A stretch of DNA of 32,000 nucleotides from contig JBGAFW010000042.1 of NCBI GenBank assembly GCA_044227045.1, positions 1 to 32,000 of the forward strand. The letters run 5' to 3'. This document shows positions 8,075-18,333 of the stretch, one piece after another (position 1 is the first letter of the stretch; every line of letters begins with the position of its first letter). The translations under genes were made by a program, and so were the position numbers. Source of the DNA: Labilithrix sp. Its GTDB lineage: Bacteria > Myxococcota_A > Polyangia > Polyangiales > Polyangiaceae. The notes below the pieces were generated by a model. That model was not told where the DNA came from. It saw nothing but the letters and a program-made list of their open reading frames with translations, and made no database searches.

Positions 8075-9238
8075 TCAGGGATCGATGCGGATCACGCGCG
8101 CTTGCTTGCGATCGACGAAGTAGATCTTGCCGTCGGGGCCGAAGTTGAGGCCCGCGAGCGAGCCCGCCGGCAGACCGGTGTCGAGCGACTTCACGAGCGT
8201 GCCGTCGGCGATCTTGAACGCGTGGATCTTGCTGGTCTTGGCGTCCGTCACGAAGACGAGGCCGCCCGACGACTCGATGCCGCTCGGCTGCTGGAGCACG
8301 CCGCCGGTCGTGAGCACCTTGAGCGGCGCTTCGTAGAACTTGCGCTCGACGATCGGCTCGTTGCCCTGCATCGGCGCCACCGCCTGACCCTGCGAAGGAT
8401 CGAGGACGAGGATGCGCTTGTTGCCGGTGTCGGCGACGTAGAGCTTCTTCTCGTCGGTGTTCCACGCGACGTGGCTCATCACGCCGTCGACGCCCTTGAC
8501 CTGGTTGTTCCAGAAGCGGCGGATGACGCCGTCGGAGTGGTCGTCGTTGCCGGGGCCGTGATCGACGCGGAAGTCGTAGAAGTCGACCGACTTGTTGAAC
8601 GAGTTGAAGACGAAGTACTGGTTGCCCTGCCCTGCCCACGCGATGCCGCGGCAGTAGGGCGACGAGTGAAGCATGTCGAGATGGCTGCCGAGCCCGGTGA
8701 GCTGGTTCATGCCGCCGAAGATGGTGAGCTCGGCCGAGTACATCGTCGGCCCCATGAAGTAGTTGCCGCCGTTGTCGTTGTCACCGCAGGTCGCCCAGAG
8801 CTGGCCCCACTGCGAGCTCGTCCCCGCCATCGCGATGCCGGGCGGGAGATTCATGAAGTGCTCGTACGCCGGGTCGCGGCGCTCGATGACCTGCGCGCGT
8901 GACGTGCCGATGTTCTTCACGACCGTCATGTGGCTCGTGGCGTAGTTGACGATCCACAGGTCGCGCGGGCTGTGCGGGTTGAACTCGAGGTCGACCGGCT
9001 CCCAGCCCGGCGTGCTCTGGTGAACGACCGTGAGCTGCGGCGCGGTCGTGCCGCTGCCGAGCTCGTAGGCCGCCGGCTTGTTCGTGTAGTTCTTGCGCCC
9101 GTAGGCCTGGCAGGTGACGCCCGGATCCGTGCACCGATCTTCCTCGAAGAGGGGCTCGTCCTCGGGCGCCGACGAACAGGCGAACATCGAGAAGGAGGCC
9201 GAAAGAAGGGCGATGGGGATCAGTGTACGGATCGTCAT
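8075..9238 (-). CDS. NHL-repeat beta-propeller lipoprotein
   Basis: Start chosen at ATG 9238 ('MTIRTLIPIALLSASFSMFAC/SSAPEDE', lipobox) with GAGGAAG 8-9 nt upstream. NHL-like repeats include 'LYVADTGNKRILVLDP', 'PSGIESSGGLVFVTDAKTSKIHAF' and 'LAGLNFGPDGKIYFVDRKQARVIRIDP'. Confidence 0.65.
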   Translation of the reverse strand: MTIRTLIPIALLSASFSMFACSSAPEDEPLFEEDRCTDPGVTCQAYGRKNYTNKPAAYELGSGTTAPQLTVVHQSTPGWEPVDLEFNPHSPRDLWIVNYATSHMTVVKNIGTSRAQVIERRDPAYEHFMNLPPGIAMAGTSSQWGQLWATCGDNDNGGNYFMGPTMYSAELTIFGGMNQLTGLGSHLDMLHSSPYCRGIAWAGQGNQYFVFNSFNKSVDFYDFRVDHGPGNDDHSDGVIRRFWNNQVKGVDGVMSHVAWNTDEKKLYVADTGNKRILVLDPSQGQAVAPMQGNEPIVERKFYEAPLKVLTTGGVLQQPSGIESSGGLVFVTDAKTSKIHAFKIADGTLVKSLDTGLPAGSLAGLNFGPDGKIYFVDRKQARVIRIDP

Positions 9239-9477
9239 GGGTAGGTCTTCCTCGCTTGCGGGACGACCAGCTACCACATGTCGGCAAACGCGCAACGTGC
9301 CGCGTCATGAATTTAGCCCAACCGGCCCACAATCCAAAATCCCCGCCAAATTCCGATGACGCAATCCGTCCTGAGTTCGTTTTTGTGAGCTCGTTCGCGC
9401 AGAAGTCTGCGCGACTTGCGCAGGGCCGAATTCGTGTCACCTTCAGCGCCCTACATTCTCGCACAGTGGAGCTCTGG

Positions 9478-10341
9478 ATGGCCTTCTCGCGTGATCTCGT
9501 CGTGGCGCTTGGCTCGGTTGGTCTTCTCTTCGTCGCGGGCTGTTCGGCGGACGCCGCGGACGGGGCGGGTGCAGCGGCGCCCGTCGACGTGAGCGGCGAA
9601 GGCACGGCCGAGGACGACGTGACGGCGATGAAGTATTACGACTGCCGCGGCGGTGACTCGAACGACTCGATGTCACGCCTCGAGATCGGTCTCGGCGCGA
9701 CGAAGCTCGACGTCACCGATCTCAGCAAGGACGCGGCGCCGCCCGACAGCGGCAAGATCGATCGCGACTACAACCCGTCGGCGCAGTACGCGGGCGCCGT
9801 TCGGTTCCTTGGATGGGAGAAGATCCTCACGAGCTTTGGTGGCGGTGACGTCGCGCACATCGAGTTCATCGTCTCGAAGGAGATCAAGGCGAAGCAGGCG
9901 GCGGGCAAGATCTGGATGCGCACGTCGGGCTCGGGCGGCGACACCACGCAGTTCTCCTGCAAGGCCAAGGCGGGGAAGCTCAAGGTCGACGCCGCGAAGA
10001 AGGCGCGCCTCGCCTGCAGCATTCAGCATTTGATCTGCACCCACGACAACCCGCCGGGTGACACGTGCCTCTCGGACGTCTTCCTCAACCAAACGTCCGA
10101 CGACGAGGCGACGCTCAAGCTCACCTACCTCGATCACTTCGGCGTGCACGTGGTCGAGCGCAAGGTGCCGCTCGCGGCGTCGGCGCTGCAGCGAACGACC
10201 AAGAAGGTCGAGGGTACGTGGGCCGGCAACCACCTCGAGCTCGATCACCGCGGAGGCGTGACGTACACCGGCACGTTCAAGCTTCCGGGGAGCGGCGGCT
10301 CGAGCGAGGTGCAGTGCAACGACCTCGCGATGTTCGACTGA
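9478..10341 (+). CDS. Hypothetical lipoprotein
   Basis: ATG 9478 has a GGAG 7 nt upstream. 'MAFSRDLVVALGSVGLLFVAGC/SADAADG' is a lipoprotein signal. The mature part is Cys-rich. The upstream part of track ORF 9223.. lies in low-GC intergenic sequence. Confidence 0.6.
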   Translation: MAFSRDLVVALGSVGLLFVAGCSADAADGAGAAAPVDVSGEGTAEDDVTAMKYYDCRGGDSNDSMSRLEIGLGATKLDVTDLSKDAAPPDSGKIDRDYNPSAQYAGAVRFLGWEKILTSFGGGDVAHIEFIVSKEIKAKQAAGKIWMRTSGSGGDTTQFSCKAKAGKLKVDAAKKARLACSIQHLICTHDNPPGDTCLSDVFLNQTSDDEATLKLTYLDHFGVHVVERKVPLAASALQRTTKKVEGTWAGNHLELDHRGGVTYTGTFKLPGSGGSSEVQCNDLAMFD

Positions 10342-10344
10342 CGC

Positions 10345-11634
10345 TCAGCGGCACTTTCCGAGCGCGTTCCAGAGACGCGCCCAGTTGGCTTGCGAGAACC
10401 TCGCTCGCCCGCGCACGGATCGAAACGACACGTTCGTCTCGTTCAGGTCGAGCTCGACGAGCTCACCCAGGTTGACCGCGTTGTTCGTGTTCGCGCCCGT
10501 CGCGGCGCCAACGCCGAACGTGAACTCGTAGTCCTTCTTTCCCTTCGCGTAGTCCGTCACGGTCTCCTTCGGCGCGCCGAGCTCGTTCGTGAGGCAGGAG
10601 ACGAGGCGGGAGCGGCCCGACGCATAGGCCGACGTCTCGTGGAACGACACGCTCGTGAGGGCACCGTTGGCGGCGTTCGCCCACGAGAAATCGACGGAGA
10701 AGAAGAGCGGATGGTCGACGGCGATGACGTAGCTCGTCGGGCTCTGCGCGATCACCCCTGGAAAGGAGCGCCGTAGCGCGGCATGGGCGCTCTCGAGGGG
10801 CGTCGCAGGATCGAACACCGCGAGCTTCGCGCACGGGTAGCCCAGGCCAAACACGTCGACGAGCTCGTCGCGGGTCGCCTTGAGCGGAAGGCCGAACGCC
10901 GCGTTGAGGATGATCTGTCGTCCGATCTCGAGCTGCCGCGCGCGCGACGGATTCGGTTGGTTCTGGTACCTCTCGTCGACGCTGACGGAGAGGTCTCCGT
11001 CTTTCAGGTCGAGCCGAAGCGAGACTGGACCCCATCGCCAGTTGCCGCTCTTGTCGAGGCCGCCGTGTAGGTTCGCCGACAAGCGATCGACGAGGCCTGG
11101 CTCGAGGACGGCGTTGCGCGTGGCTTTGATGTCGAAGCTGTAGAGGACGAGCCCCTTCGACTCGTCGGTCCAATGAAAGCTCGCCGACTCGTACGATTTC
11201 GCCGCGCCCCGCCGGAAACGCGAGCTGACGTATGTGCCCGAGCCGGTCGTCGACGGCAGGTCGGAGGAGACTTGCTGCGGGCTGCGGTCGAGCGGCTCGG
11301 CCGCGATCACCTCTGGCGTCGCGCCGTGCGCGTACGGCCAAATGGCCTCACCGCCGAGGATGATGAAGGGCGTGAGGATCGGGACGAAGATCACCACGAA
11401 CCCCAGGCAGCCCATCGAGTCTTTCTTGTACTTGAGCGGCTTGTCGGAGCTGGCGGAGACGTGCGCAGGCGGAGTCCACTCCTTGGGCGGCGAGAAGCTG
11501 ACGTTCTCGAGCTCCTTCATGATCCGAAGGCGCTTGCTCTCGTTCTCGACGCCGCAGTAGTTGCACTTCATCAGCATGCGCTTTTGCTTGCTGATATCGA
11601 GCGGCGCCCCGCAGTGACCGCACTCCACGATCAT
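10345..11634 (-). CDS. Bitopic membrane protein with N-terminal zinc ribbon
   Basis: 'MIVECGHCGAPLDISKQKRMLMKCNYCGVENE' (CxxC...CxxC), one TM ('CLGFVVIFVPILTPFIILGG'), and a ~310-aa extracytoplasmic domain of unknown family. It starts 22 nt downstream of the TlpA-like gene on the same strand. Confidence 0.6.
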   Translation of the reverse strand: MIVECGHCGAPLDISKQKRMLMKCNYCGVENESKRLRIMKELENVSFSPPKEWTPPAHVSASSDKPLKYKKDSMGCLGFVVIFVPILTPFIILGGEAIWPYAHGATPEVIAAEPLDRSPQQVSSDLPSTTGSGTYVSSRFRRGAAKSYESASFHWTDESKGLVLYSFDIKATRNAVLEPGLVDRLSANLHGGLDKSGNWRWGPVSLRLDLKDGDLSVSVDERYQNQPNPSRARQLEIGRQIILNAAFGLPLKATRDELVDVFGLGYPCAKLAVFDPATPLESAHAALRRSFPGVIAQSPTSYVIAVDHPLFFSVDFSWANAANGALTSVSFHETSAYASGRSRLVSCLTNELGAPKETVTDYAKGKKDYEFTFGVGAATGANTNNAVNLGELVELDLNETNVSFRSVRGRARFSQANWARLWNALGKCR

Positions 11635-11656
11635 GATGGCGGGATACTACAACGTT

Positions 11657-12259
11657 TTACTTCGCGGCCGCATTCACACGGTTGGATGACGCCGCCCCGA
11701 GCGCGCGCTGAAACGCCGCAATCGACCGCTCGTCCACGGCGCCGCCCGTGTAGACGATGCGCCCGTCCCGGTCGACGACCAACGTCGTCGGGACGCGCTT
11801 TTCTCCGAGCGTGTCGGCGAAGCGAAACTCTTCGTCGACCAGGATCATGTACGGCATTCGATGCGCCGAGGCATAGGTCGAGACGCGAGCGACCGGCTCT
11901 CCCACCGCGACCCCCACGACGACGGCGCCTCGGTCCTTCGCCCACGCATCGAGCTTCGTCAGCGCGGGGAGCTCGTCCCGGCATGCCTCACACCACGTCG
12001 CCCAGAGCGTGACGAGCGCAGGCCGGCCCGCGATCGCCTTCCCGAGCTGCGTCTCCGACCGATCGAGCCCGAGGACGTTCGCCGTCGGAAGCGCGGGCTC
12101 GTGCGCGGAAGACGCGGCCGGCGAGGACGACCCGGTCGCGGGCGCGGTGGACGCGGACGGTGTAGCCGGTGGTGGTGACGATCCTTCGCAACCGCAGAGC
12201 GACGCAAACGTCAGAGAAGCGAACGTCAGAGAAGTCAGAAGCGCGCGCCCGCCTGCCAC
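11657..12259 (-). CDS. TlpA/ResA-family thiol-disulfide oxidoreductase (thioredoxin fold), secreted or lipoprotein
   Basis: 'LVTLWATWCEACRDELPALTKLDAWAKDRGAVVVGVAVGE' carries the WCxxC active site. The signal peptide is 'LLTSLTFASLTFASLCGC'. The GTG start at 12259 overlaps the upstream gene by 25 nt. Confidence 0.75.
   Translation of the reverse strand: MAGGRALLTSLTFASLTFASLCGCEGSSPPPATPSASTAPATGSSSPAASSAHEPALPTANVLGLDRSETQLGKAIAGRPALVTLWATWCEACRDELPALTKLDAWAKDRGAVVVGVAVGEPVARVSTYASAHRMPYMILVDEEFRFADTLGEKRVPTTLVVDRDGRIVYTGGAVDERSIAAFQRALGAASSNRVNAAAK
12207..12236. repeat. 15-bp tandem duplication (AACGTCAGAGAAG core x2)
   Basis: Copies at 12207-12221 and 12222-12236 match at 13 of 15 positions. 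The duplication encodes 'LTFAS' twice in the TlpA-like signal peptide and contains the stop codon (12235-12237) of the DUF3570 gene. Confidence 0.8.
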
Positions 12260-13470
12260 AGAGCGACGTTAACGGTGAGTCCGTCGGTACGCCAGTACCG
12301 TTCGTACCCAGCGTCGATATGGGCGCTTCGAAAAGGCAGGCTGGGCAGATCGGCGGTGACCTTGAACCCTGCCGTCTGCGCGTCGAATGCGCCGAGGTCG
12401 CTGTCGGCGGTTCGGTACATCGTGGCGCGCGTGCCGAGCGTCGTGAAGAAGTCGGTGGCCGTCTGCGTGTGGTAGCGGTACGTGCCGCGCACGTAGAGGA
12501 GCGGGGTGAGTCGCTGCAGAAGTTGCACCTCGGCCGAGTGCGCGGCGATGCCCCAATTGTCGACGTAGAGTCGGTAGAAGCCCTTCAAGGCTCCATCCCA
12601 CGGAAGATATTGGGCGAAGCGCGCGACGAAGGCGTGGCGAATGCGCCGGCGCGGCATCAGCTCGAGCTCGCGATCGAGCGTATCCATCGGCACGGAGTTC
12701 CACGTGTTCGACAGCTCGCCGAACTGCAACGACAGCCCGTAGTTCGCATGCACCACCGTGGTGGGCGAGACGATCTGCGTGAAGCCGAGGTTGCCGTTCG
12801 ACGTGCTGCGCGACGCGCGACCATGACGATGGCCGAGGATGTCGTAGCGATCGAACCAGTCGTAGGCTTGGTTCGCGTTGGCCGAGATCGTCGCGTTGTC
12901 GTCCGCGAAGGAGAACGTGCCGCCGGCGCCGGTGCTCCACGACCGGAAGTTCTCTTCGGCGTGCACGCCGCTCTTGCCGAAGACGCTGAGGCCTTGCTTT
13001 GGCGCCTCGTACGTCGTCGTCCAATCGAACGAGAAGGCCTGGTTCTGCCTCGACGCGTTGCTCATCACGTCGGGCGGGACGCGCTCCTTGTCGTTCGCAT
13101 TCGGAGAGGCGGCGGTGATGAGGTCCACCGGCGCCCAGAAGCGATGGACGATGTTCTCGTTCTGGCGCGCGATCACGAGGAGCTGCGGCTGAAAGACCGT
13201 GAGCCGCTCGCTTCCGGGCGAGGTCGCGCGCGGCCCTGCCTTCGATTGGTAGCCAAGACCGTCTTGCTGGTACGCGGTGAGCGCGGTCTCGACCGACTCG
13301 AGCACGAAGCTATGCCTCTTCTGATGCAGGCTCTTCTCGATCTCGGGGTCGAGGTGGAGCGTCGTCTCCGCGTCGTCTGCGTGCGCGCTCCGTTCGAACA
13401 CGCACGCGAACGAGAGCGCCGCCATCGAGACGAGGAGGCAAGAGGACAGCGAGGTCGAGCGAAACAACAA
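12235..13470 (-). CDS. DUF3570-like outer-membrane beta-barrel protein
   Basis: 411 aa with a TTG start. Signal peptide 'LSSCLLVSMAALSFACVFERSAHA'. Alternating beta-strand pattern, aromatic C-terminus '...VNVALWQAGARF', and a position directly after a DUF4266-type gene. The family assignment is from memory of DUF3570 sequences and their gene context. Confidence 0.65.
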   Translation of the reverse strand: MLFRSTSLSSCLLVSMAALSFACVFERSAHADDAETTLHLDPEIEKSLHQKRHSFVLESVETALTAYQQDGLGYQSKAGPRATSPGSERLTVFQPQLLVIARQNENIVHRFWAPVDLITAASPNANDKERVPPDVMSNASRQNQAFSFDWTTTYEAPKQGLSVFGKSGVHAEENFRSWSTGAGGTFSFADDNATISANANQAYDWFDRYDILGHRHGRASRSTSNGNLGFTQIVSPTTVVHANYGLSLQFGELSNTWNSVPMDTLDRELELMPRRRIRHAFVARFAQYLPWDGALKGFYRLYVDNWGIAAHSAEVQLLQRLTPLLYVRGTYRYHTQTATDFFTTLGTRATMYRTADSDLGAFDAQTAGFKVTADLPSLPFRSAHIDAGYERYWRTDGLTVNVALWQAGARF

Positions 13471-13495
13471 GGACGTCTTCTTCGTCGCCGTTTGG

Positions 13496-13732
13496 TCAGT
13501 GGCACCCGCATCCGCCGCCCGCAGCCGATCCGTCCCCGCCCGCGGCGCCTTCGCGCGTGTTGTAGAGCTTCTGCTTTCGGTAGGTCTCGAGCTGATCGTC
13601 GGTGAGCGACATCATCGGGTCCGCGAGCTTGCCGCGACGGTTCTGCGGGACCGCGGCGCACGCCGTGGACAGGAGGCAGAGGAGACCGCACGTGACGAGC
13701 ACGAGCGCGTGGGTTCGATTCCTGGTCATCAT
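13496..13732 (-). CDS. DUF4266-like small lipoprotein with Gly-rich CGCH C-terminus
   Basis: 78 aa: 'MMTRNRTHALVLVTCGLLCLLSTAC/AAVPQNRRGKLADPMMSLTDDQLETYRKQKLYNTREGAAGGDGSAAGGGCGCH'. ATGATG at 13732 has GAAGGA upstream. It forms the terminal part of track ORF 13496..14395, whose upstream part is nonsense. Confidence 0.7.
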   Translation of the reverse strand: MMTRNRTHALVLVTCGLLCLLSTACAAVPQNRRGKLADPMMSLTDDQLETYRKQKLYNTREGAAGGDGSAAGGGCGCH

Positions 13733-13755
13733 GTTCGTCCTTCTCGAATTCGTCG

Positions 13756-14103
13756 TCAGAGCGTCCCGCCAAGCATCGCGCCGTAGGCCGCGCCGGAGCT
13801 CGGGCCGCCGATCATCGGCGTGAGGTGAATCGCTGGCGCCGCCGTCTTCTTCGGCGTTCGCTCGCTCACGCGCACCGCGTCGAGCGTGCCGAGCGCAGCG
13901 CCGAACACCGACGTGGTGAGGAGGCCGATATAGGTATATTGCACGGGTACGGAGGCGATCGTGATGAGGTTCGGGACGAACGCCATCGTCGTCGCCATCG
14001 CCACCTCCGACGCGAAGGGGATGAGCGCGAAGAAGAGGCCGCGCCTCGTCTCGTGCACCACCATATGGGCGAAGAGCGGCGCGAGCGTCAGCCCGGTCTG
14101 CAT
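13756..14103 (-). CDS. Hydrophobic membrane protein (C-terminal part; the N-terminal signal region appears to lie in another frame, 14120-14395)
   Basis: From ATG 14103: 'MQTGLTLAPLFAHMVVHETRRGLFFALIPFASEVAMATTMAFVPNLITIASVPVQYTYIGLLTTSVFGAALG...GGPSSGAAYGAMLGGTL'. Upstream in this frame the sequence is Arg-rich nonsense. A signal-peptide-like ORF starting at GTG 14395 runs into it in a different frame. Confidence 0.4.
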   Translation of the reverse strand: MQTGLTLAPLFAHMVVHETRRGLFFALIPFASEVAMATTMAFVPNLITIASVPVQYTYIGLLTTSVFGAALGTLDAVRVSERTPKKTAAPAIHLTPMIGGPSSGAAYGAMLGGTL

Positions 14104-14477
14104 GCCGAGGAGCGCGGCGTTTCGCCGACGCGGTCGCCGTGACCGAGCCCGCGAGCAGCGCGAGGAGCGGCTTCGGCGCGTCCCCCTCGTCGTCTTCTCT
14201 CGCCGGCGCGAAGCTGCTCGGTGAGATGGGCGGCGGTGAGGATGGCGCATCGACGAGGAGCGGCGCGTCCTTCGTGTCCTTCGTGTCGTTCGCGTCCGCG
14301 GCGGCGTCCTTCGCGAAGAGCGCGACGTGCAGCGTCAGGGCGAGCGCGATCGCCCACGAGCGCTGACGGCGACCGGCGCGATCCACGAAACCCACGCGAC
14401 GAGGGTAGATCGCATGGGGCGGAAGCGCACTCTCGGACGCACGCCCTCTGACTGTCTTCCTTGGCGCGCGCGCTCGC

Positions 14478-14516
14478 GGACAAAACGAACGAGGCGAGCA
14501 TTTTGCGCTCGCCTCG
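14478..14516 (-). terminator. Rho-independent terminator candidate after the OmpA-TSP3 gene
   Basis: 10-bp GC-rich stem CGAGGCGAGC/GCTCGCCTCG (14490-14499 and 14507-14516) with a 7-nt loop. On the minus strand it is followed by TTCGTTTTGTCC. It lies 30 nt after the stop at 14546-14548. Confidence 0.55.
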
Positions 14517-14545
14517 CTTGCTTCGTCAGCTCACCGGCTCGCCGA

Positions 14546-16570
<2,025 letters not shown>

Positions 16571-16719
16571 GAGACGACGCTAACACAATGGGAAAGTACG
16601 AGTGAAAATAGGTACACTCTCCACAGGCCGCTCCTAGGTCGGTCTTCTGCGCTGGTTCGCGCTCGGCTCGGTCGGCTCCTGTTCCTGTCGCCACGTCGCC
16701 TTCTCCTTAATAAGCACGC

Positions 16720-18333
16720 ATGGCTCCCGTCCCCTCTCGACCACGCTCTCTATTAACCGTCGCCATCCTCCTCGTGGCCGCGGTCGCCCTCGTCTTCTGT
16801 GTGGGGGAACGCAGCGCCCGCGCGGATTTGAAGCTCGATGGGCGCTGGAAGCAGAGCCCGCTCCGTGAAGACTTCACGGTGCAGCAGTGGCTCGATGCGG
16901 GCTGTGGACCGCACCCGCAGTCCACGACGACCGGTGGTGGGGAGATCATCAGCATCCGTCTCGAGGGAGACGAGCTCGCCTTCGTCGGCGGCGGACGCGT
17001 CTATCGAACGAACGCCTGCTACGACCCGATGCCCACCCTCTCGCGGGAGTCCCATTCGCGAGACGCAAGCGGGAAGACCTGGCGCACGCGCTGCACGACG
17101 GCGCCGGCCGACCCGCGAAAGACGGTGCTGAACACGCTGGTCGTCGCGACGACGGACACGCACATCGATCTGATCGAGACGGGTCGCTACGAGATCACGC
17201 TCGAGAACGGCCGCTGCATGGCGGACGTGAAGCGAACGCGGAGCTTCGACCTCGTCGAAGGCGACAACAACACGACGCCGACCGCCACGGCGACGACGCC
17301 GCCCACCCCCACGCCGACGCGCGATCCCGAGCCCAAGCCCAACGCGTGCGCGAGCCCGGGTGAGCCGAACAAGCTCGAGGTGCGTCCGTCGAAGAAGCTC
17401 CTTCGCACGGGCGAGGCGTTCAAGTTCCGCGCGCTCGTCCTCGACGCGAAGGGATGCGACACGCGCACGGCGACGACATGGAAGCTCGCGCCGGAGGCGG
17501 AGGGCAAAGGCGTCACGGTCGACGGGGCAGGCAACGTCACCGTCACGAAGGAGGCGCCCGAGGGTGCCGTCGAGATCGTGGCGACGGCCGCTGGAAAAGA
17601 CGCGCGCGTCACCGTCGAGGTCACGTCTCCGGCCCGCTACGACGAGCTGCTCGCGCGCTCGGGGCTCAACTCGGCAGGCGAGAACGACGAAGCCTCGACC
17701 GCGACGATCGCCTCGCAGTCGCTCGGCGCAGGCGAAGGCCGGGTCGAAGATCGAGCGCGCGAGCGCCGACTCATCTTCCTCGGCATCGTCGGCGGCGTGC
17801 TCGTCGTCCTCGCGATCGCCGCGATCCTCCTCTTTCGGCGATCGAAGCGCGCGCAGGCGCTGCTCGAGCAAGCCGACGAGCGTCACGAGGCGCGCGTGCA
17901 GCAAGTTCTCGATCGCCGCCGTCGCCGTGAAGAGGAGCACGCCGCGCAGCTCCGCGCGCACGAGGAGAGCGTCCGCGCGGCGAAGAACGCCGAGGCGCTC
18001 GAGGCCGCCGCTCCACAACCTGGTGCGGCCCCCACGACAGCCGGCAAGACACTCCTCATGCAGCAGTCGCCGATGATGCCCACGCGAAGTGCGAGCGAGA
18101 TGGTCTGCGCGTCCTGCGGTCGCGAATCGCCGCCGGGTACGACCTACTGTCCTCACGACGGAAGCGCGCTCGTTCCGGCTGCATCGAAGGGTGCCATCCC
18201 CTACCCCGCACCCGCCGCGATGGCGGCGAAAGCCTCGACCCGTGGCAAGATCTGTCCGACCTGCGGAGAGCGGTTCGACGGTGGAGCTGACTTCTGTGGC
18301 AAGGATGGGACGCAGCTTGTCCTACTCAATTAG
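16720..18333 (+). CDS. Bitopic membrane protein: periplasmic Cys-rich plus Big_2-like domains, TM, cytoplasmic coiled coil and double zinc ribbon
   Basis: Signal peptide 'LLTVAILLVAAVALVFCVGERSARA'. Ig-like stretch 'LEVRPSKKLLRTGEAFKFRALVLDAKGC...VEIVATAAGKDARVTVEVTS'. TM 'LIFLGIVGGVLVVLAIAAILLF'. C-terminal 'MVCASCGRESPPGTTYCPHDGSAL' and 'KICPTCGERFDGGADFCGKDGTQLV'. Confidence 0.65.
   Translation: MAPVPSRPRSLLTVAILLVAAVALVFCVGERSARADLKLDGRWKQSPLREDFTVQQWLDAGCGPHPQSTTTGGGEIISIRLEGDELAFVGGGRVYRTNACYDPMPTLSRESHSRDASGKTWRTRCTTAPADPRKTVLNTLVVATTDTHIDLIETGRYEITLENGRCMADVKRTRSFDLVEGDNNTTPTATATTPPTPTPTRDPEPKPNACASPGEPNKLEVRPSKKLLRTGEAFKFRALVLDAKGCDTRTATTWKLAPEAEGKGVTVDGAGNVTVTKEAPEGAVEIVATAAGKDARVTVEVTSPARYDELLARSGLNSAGENDEASTATIASQSLGAGEGRVEDRARERRLIFLGIVGGVLVVLAIAAILLFRRSKRAQALLEQADERHEARVQQVLDRRRRREEEHAAQLRAHEESVRAAKNAEALEAAAPQPGAAPTTAGKTLLMQQSPMMPTRSASEMVCASCGRESPPGTTYCPHDGSALVPAASKGAIPYPAPAAMAAKASTRGKICPTCGERFDGGADFCGKDGTQLVLLN

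Noticed and set aside
12169-13605. ORF 12169..13605 (+, 478 aa) antisense to the DUF3570 gene
   Set aside because: Arg/Glu/Val-rich nonsense with no motifs. The opposite strand carries a signal peptide and barrel-like sequence.
13711-13722. GGGTTCGATTCC, resembling a tRNA T-arm/T-loop
   Set aside because: The flanks cannot form a T-stem (GTGGG versus CCTGG) or an acceptor stem. The site lies inside the DUF4266 coding sequence (codons for NRTH).
13496-14395. The 299-aa track ORF taken as one gene
   Set aside because: Only its first ~90 aa (signal and linker) and last 78 aa (the DUF4266 lipoprotein, with its own ATG and RBS) look real. The middle is Arg/Asp nonsense overlapping a better hydrophobic frame.
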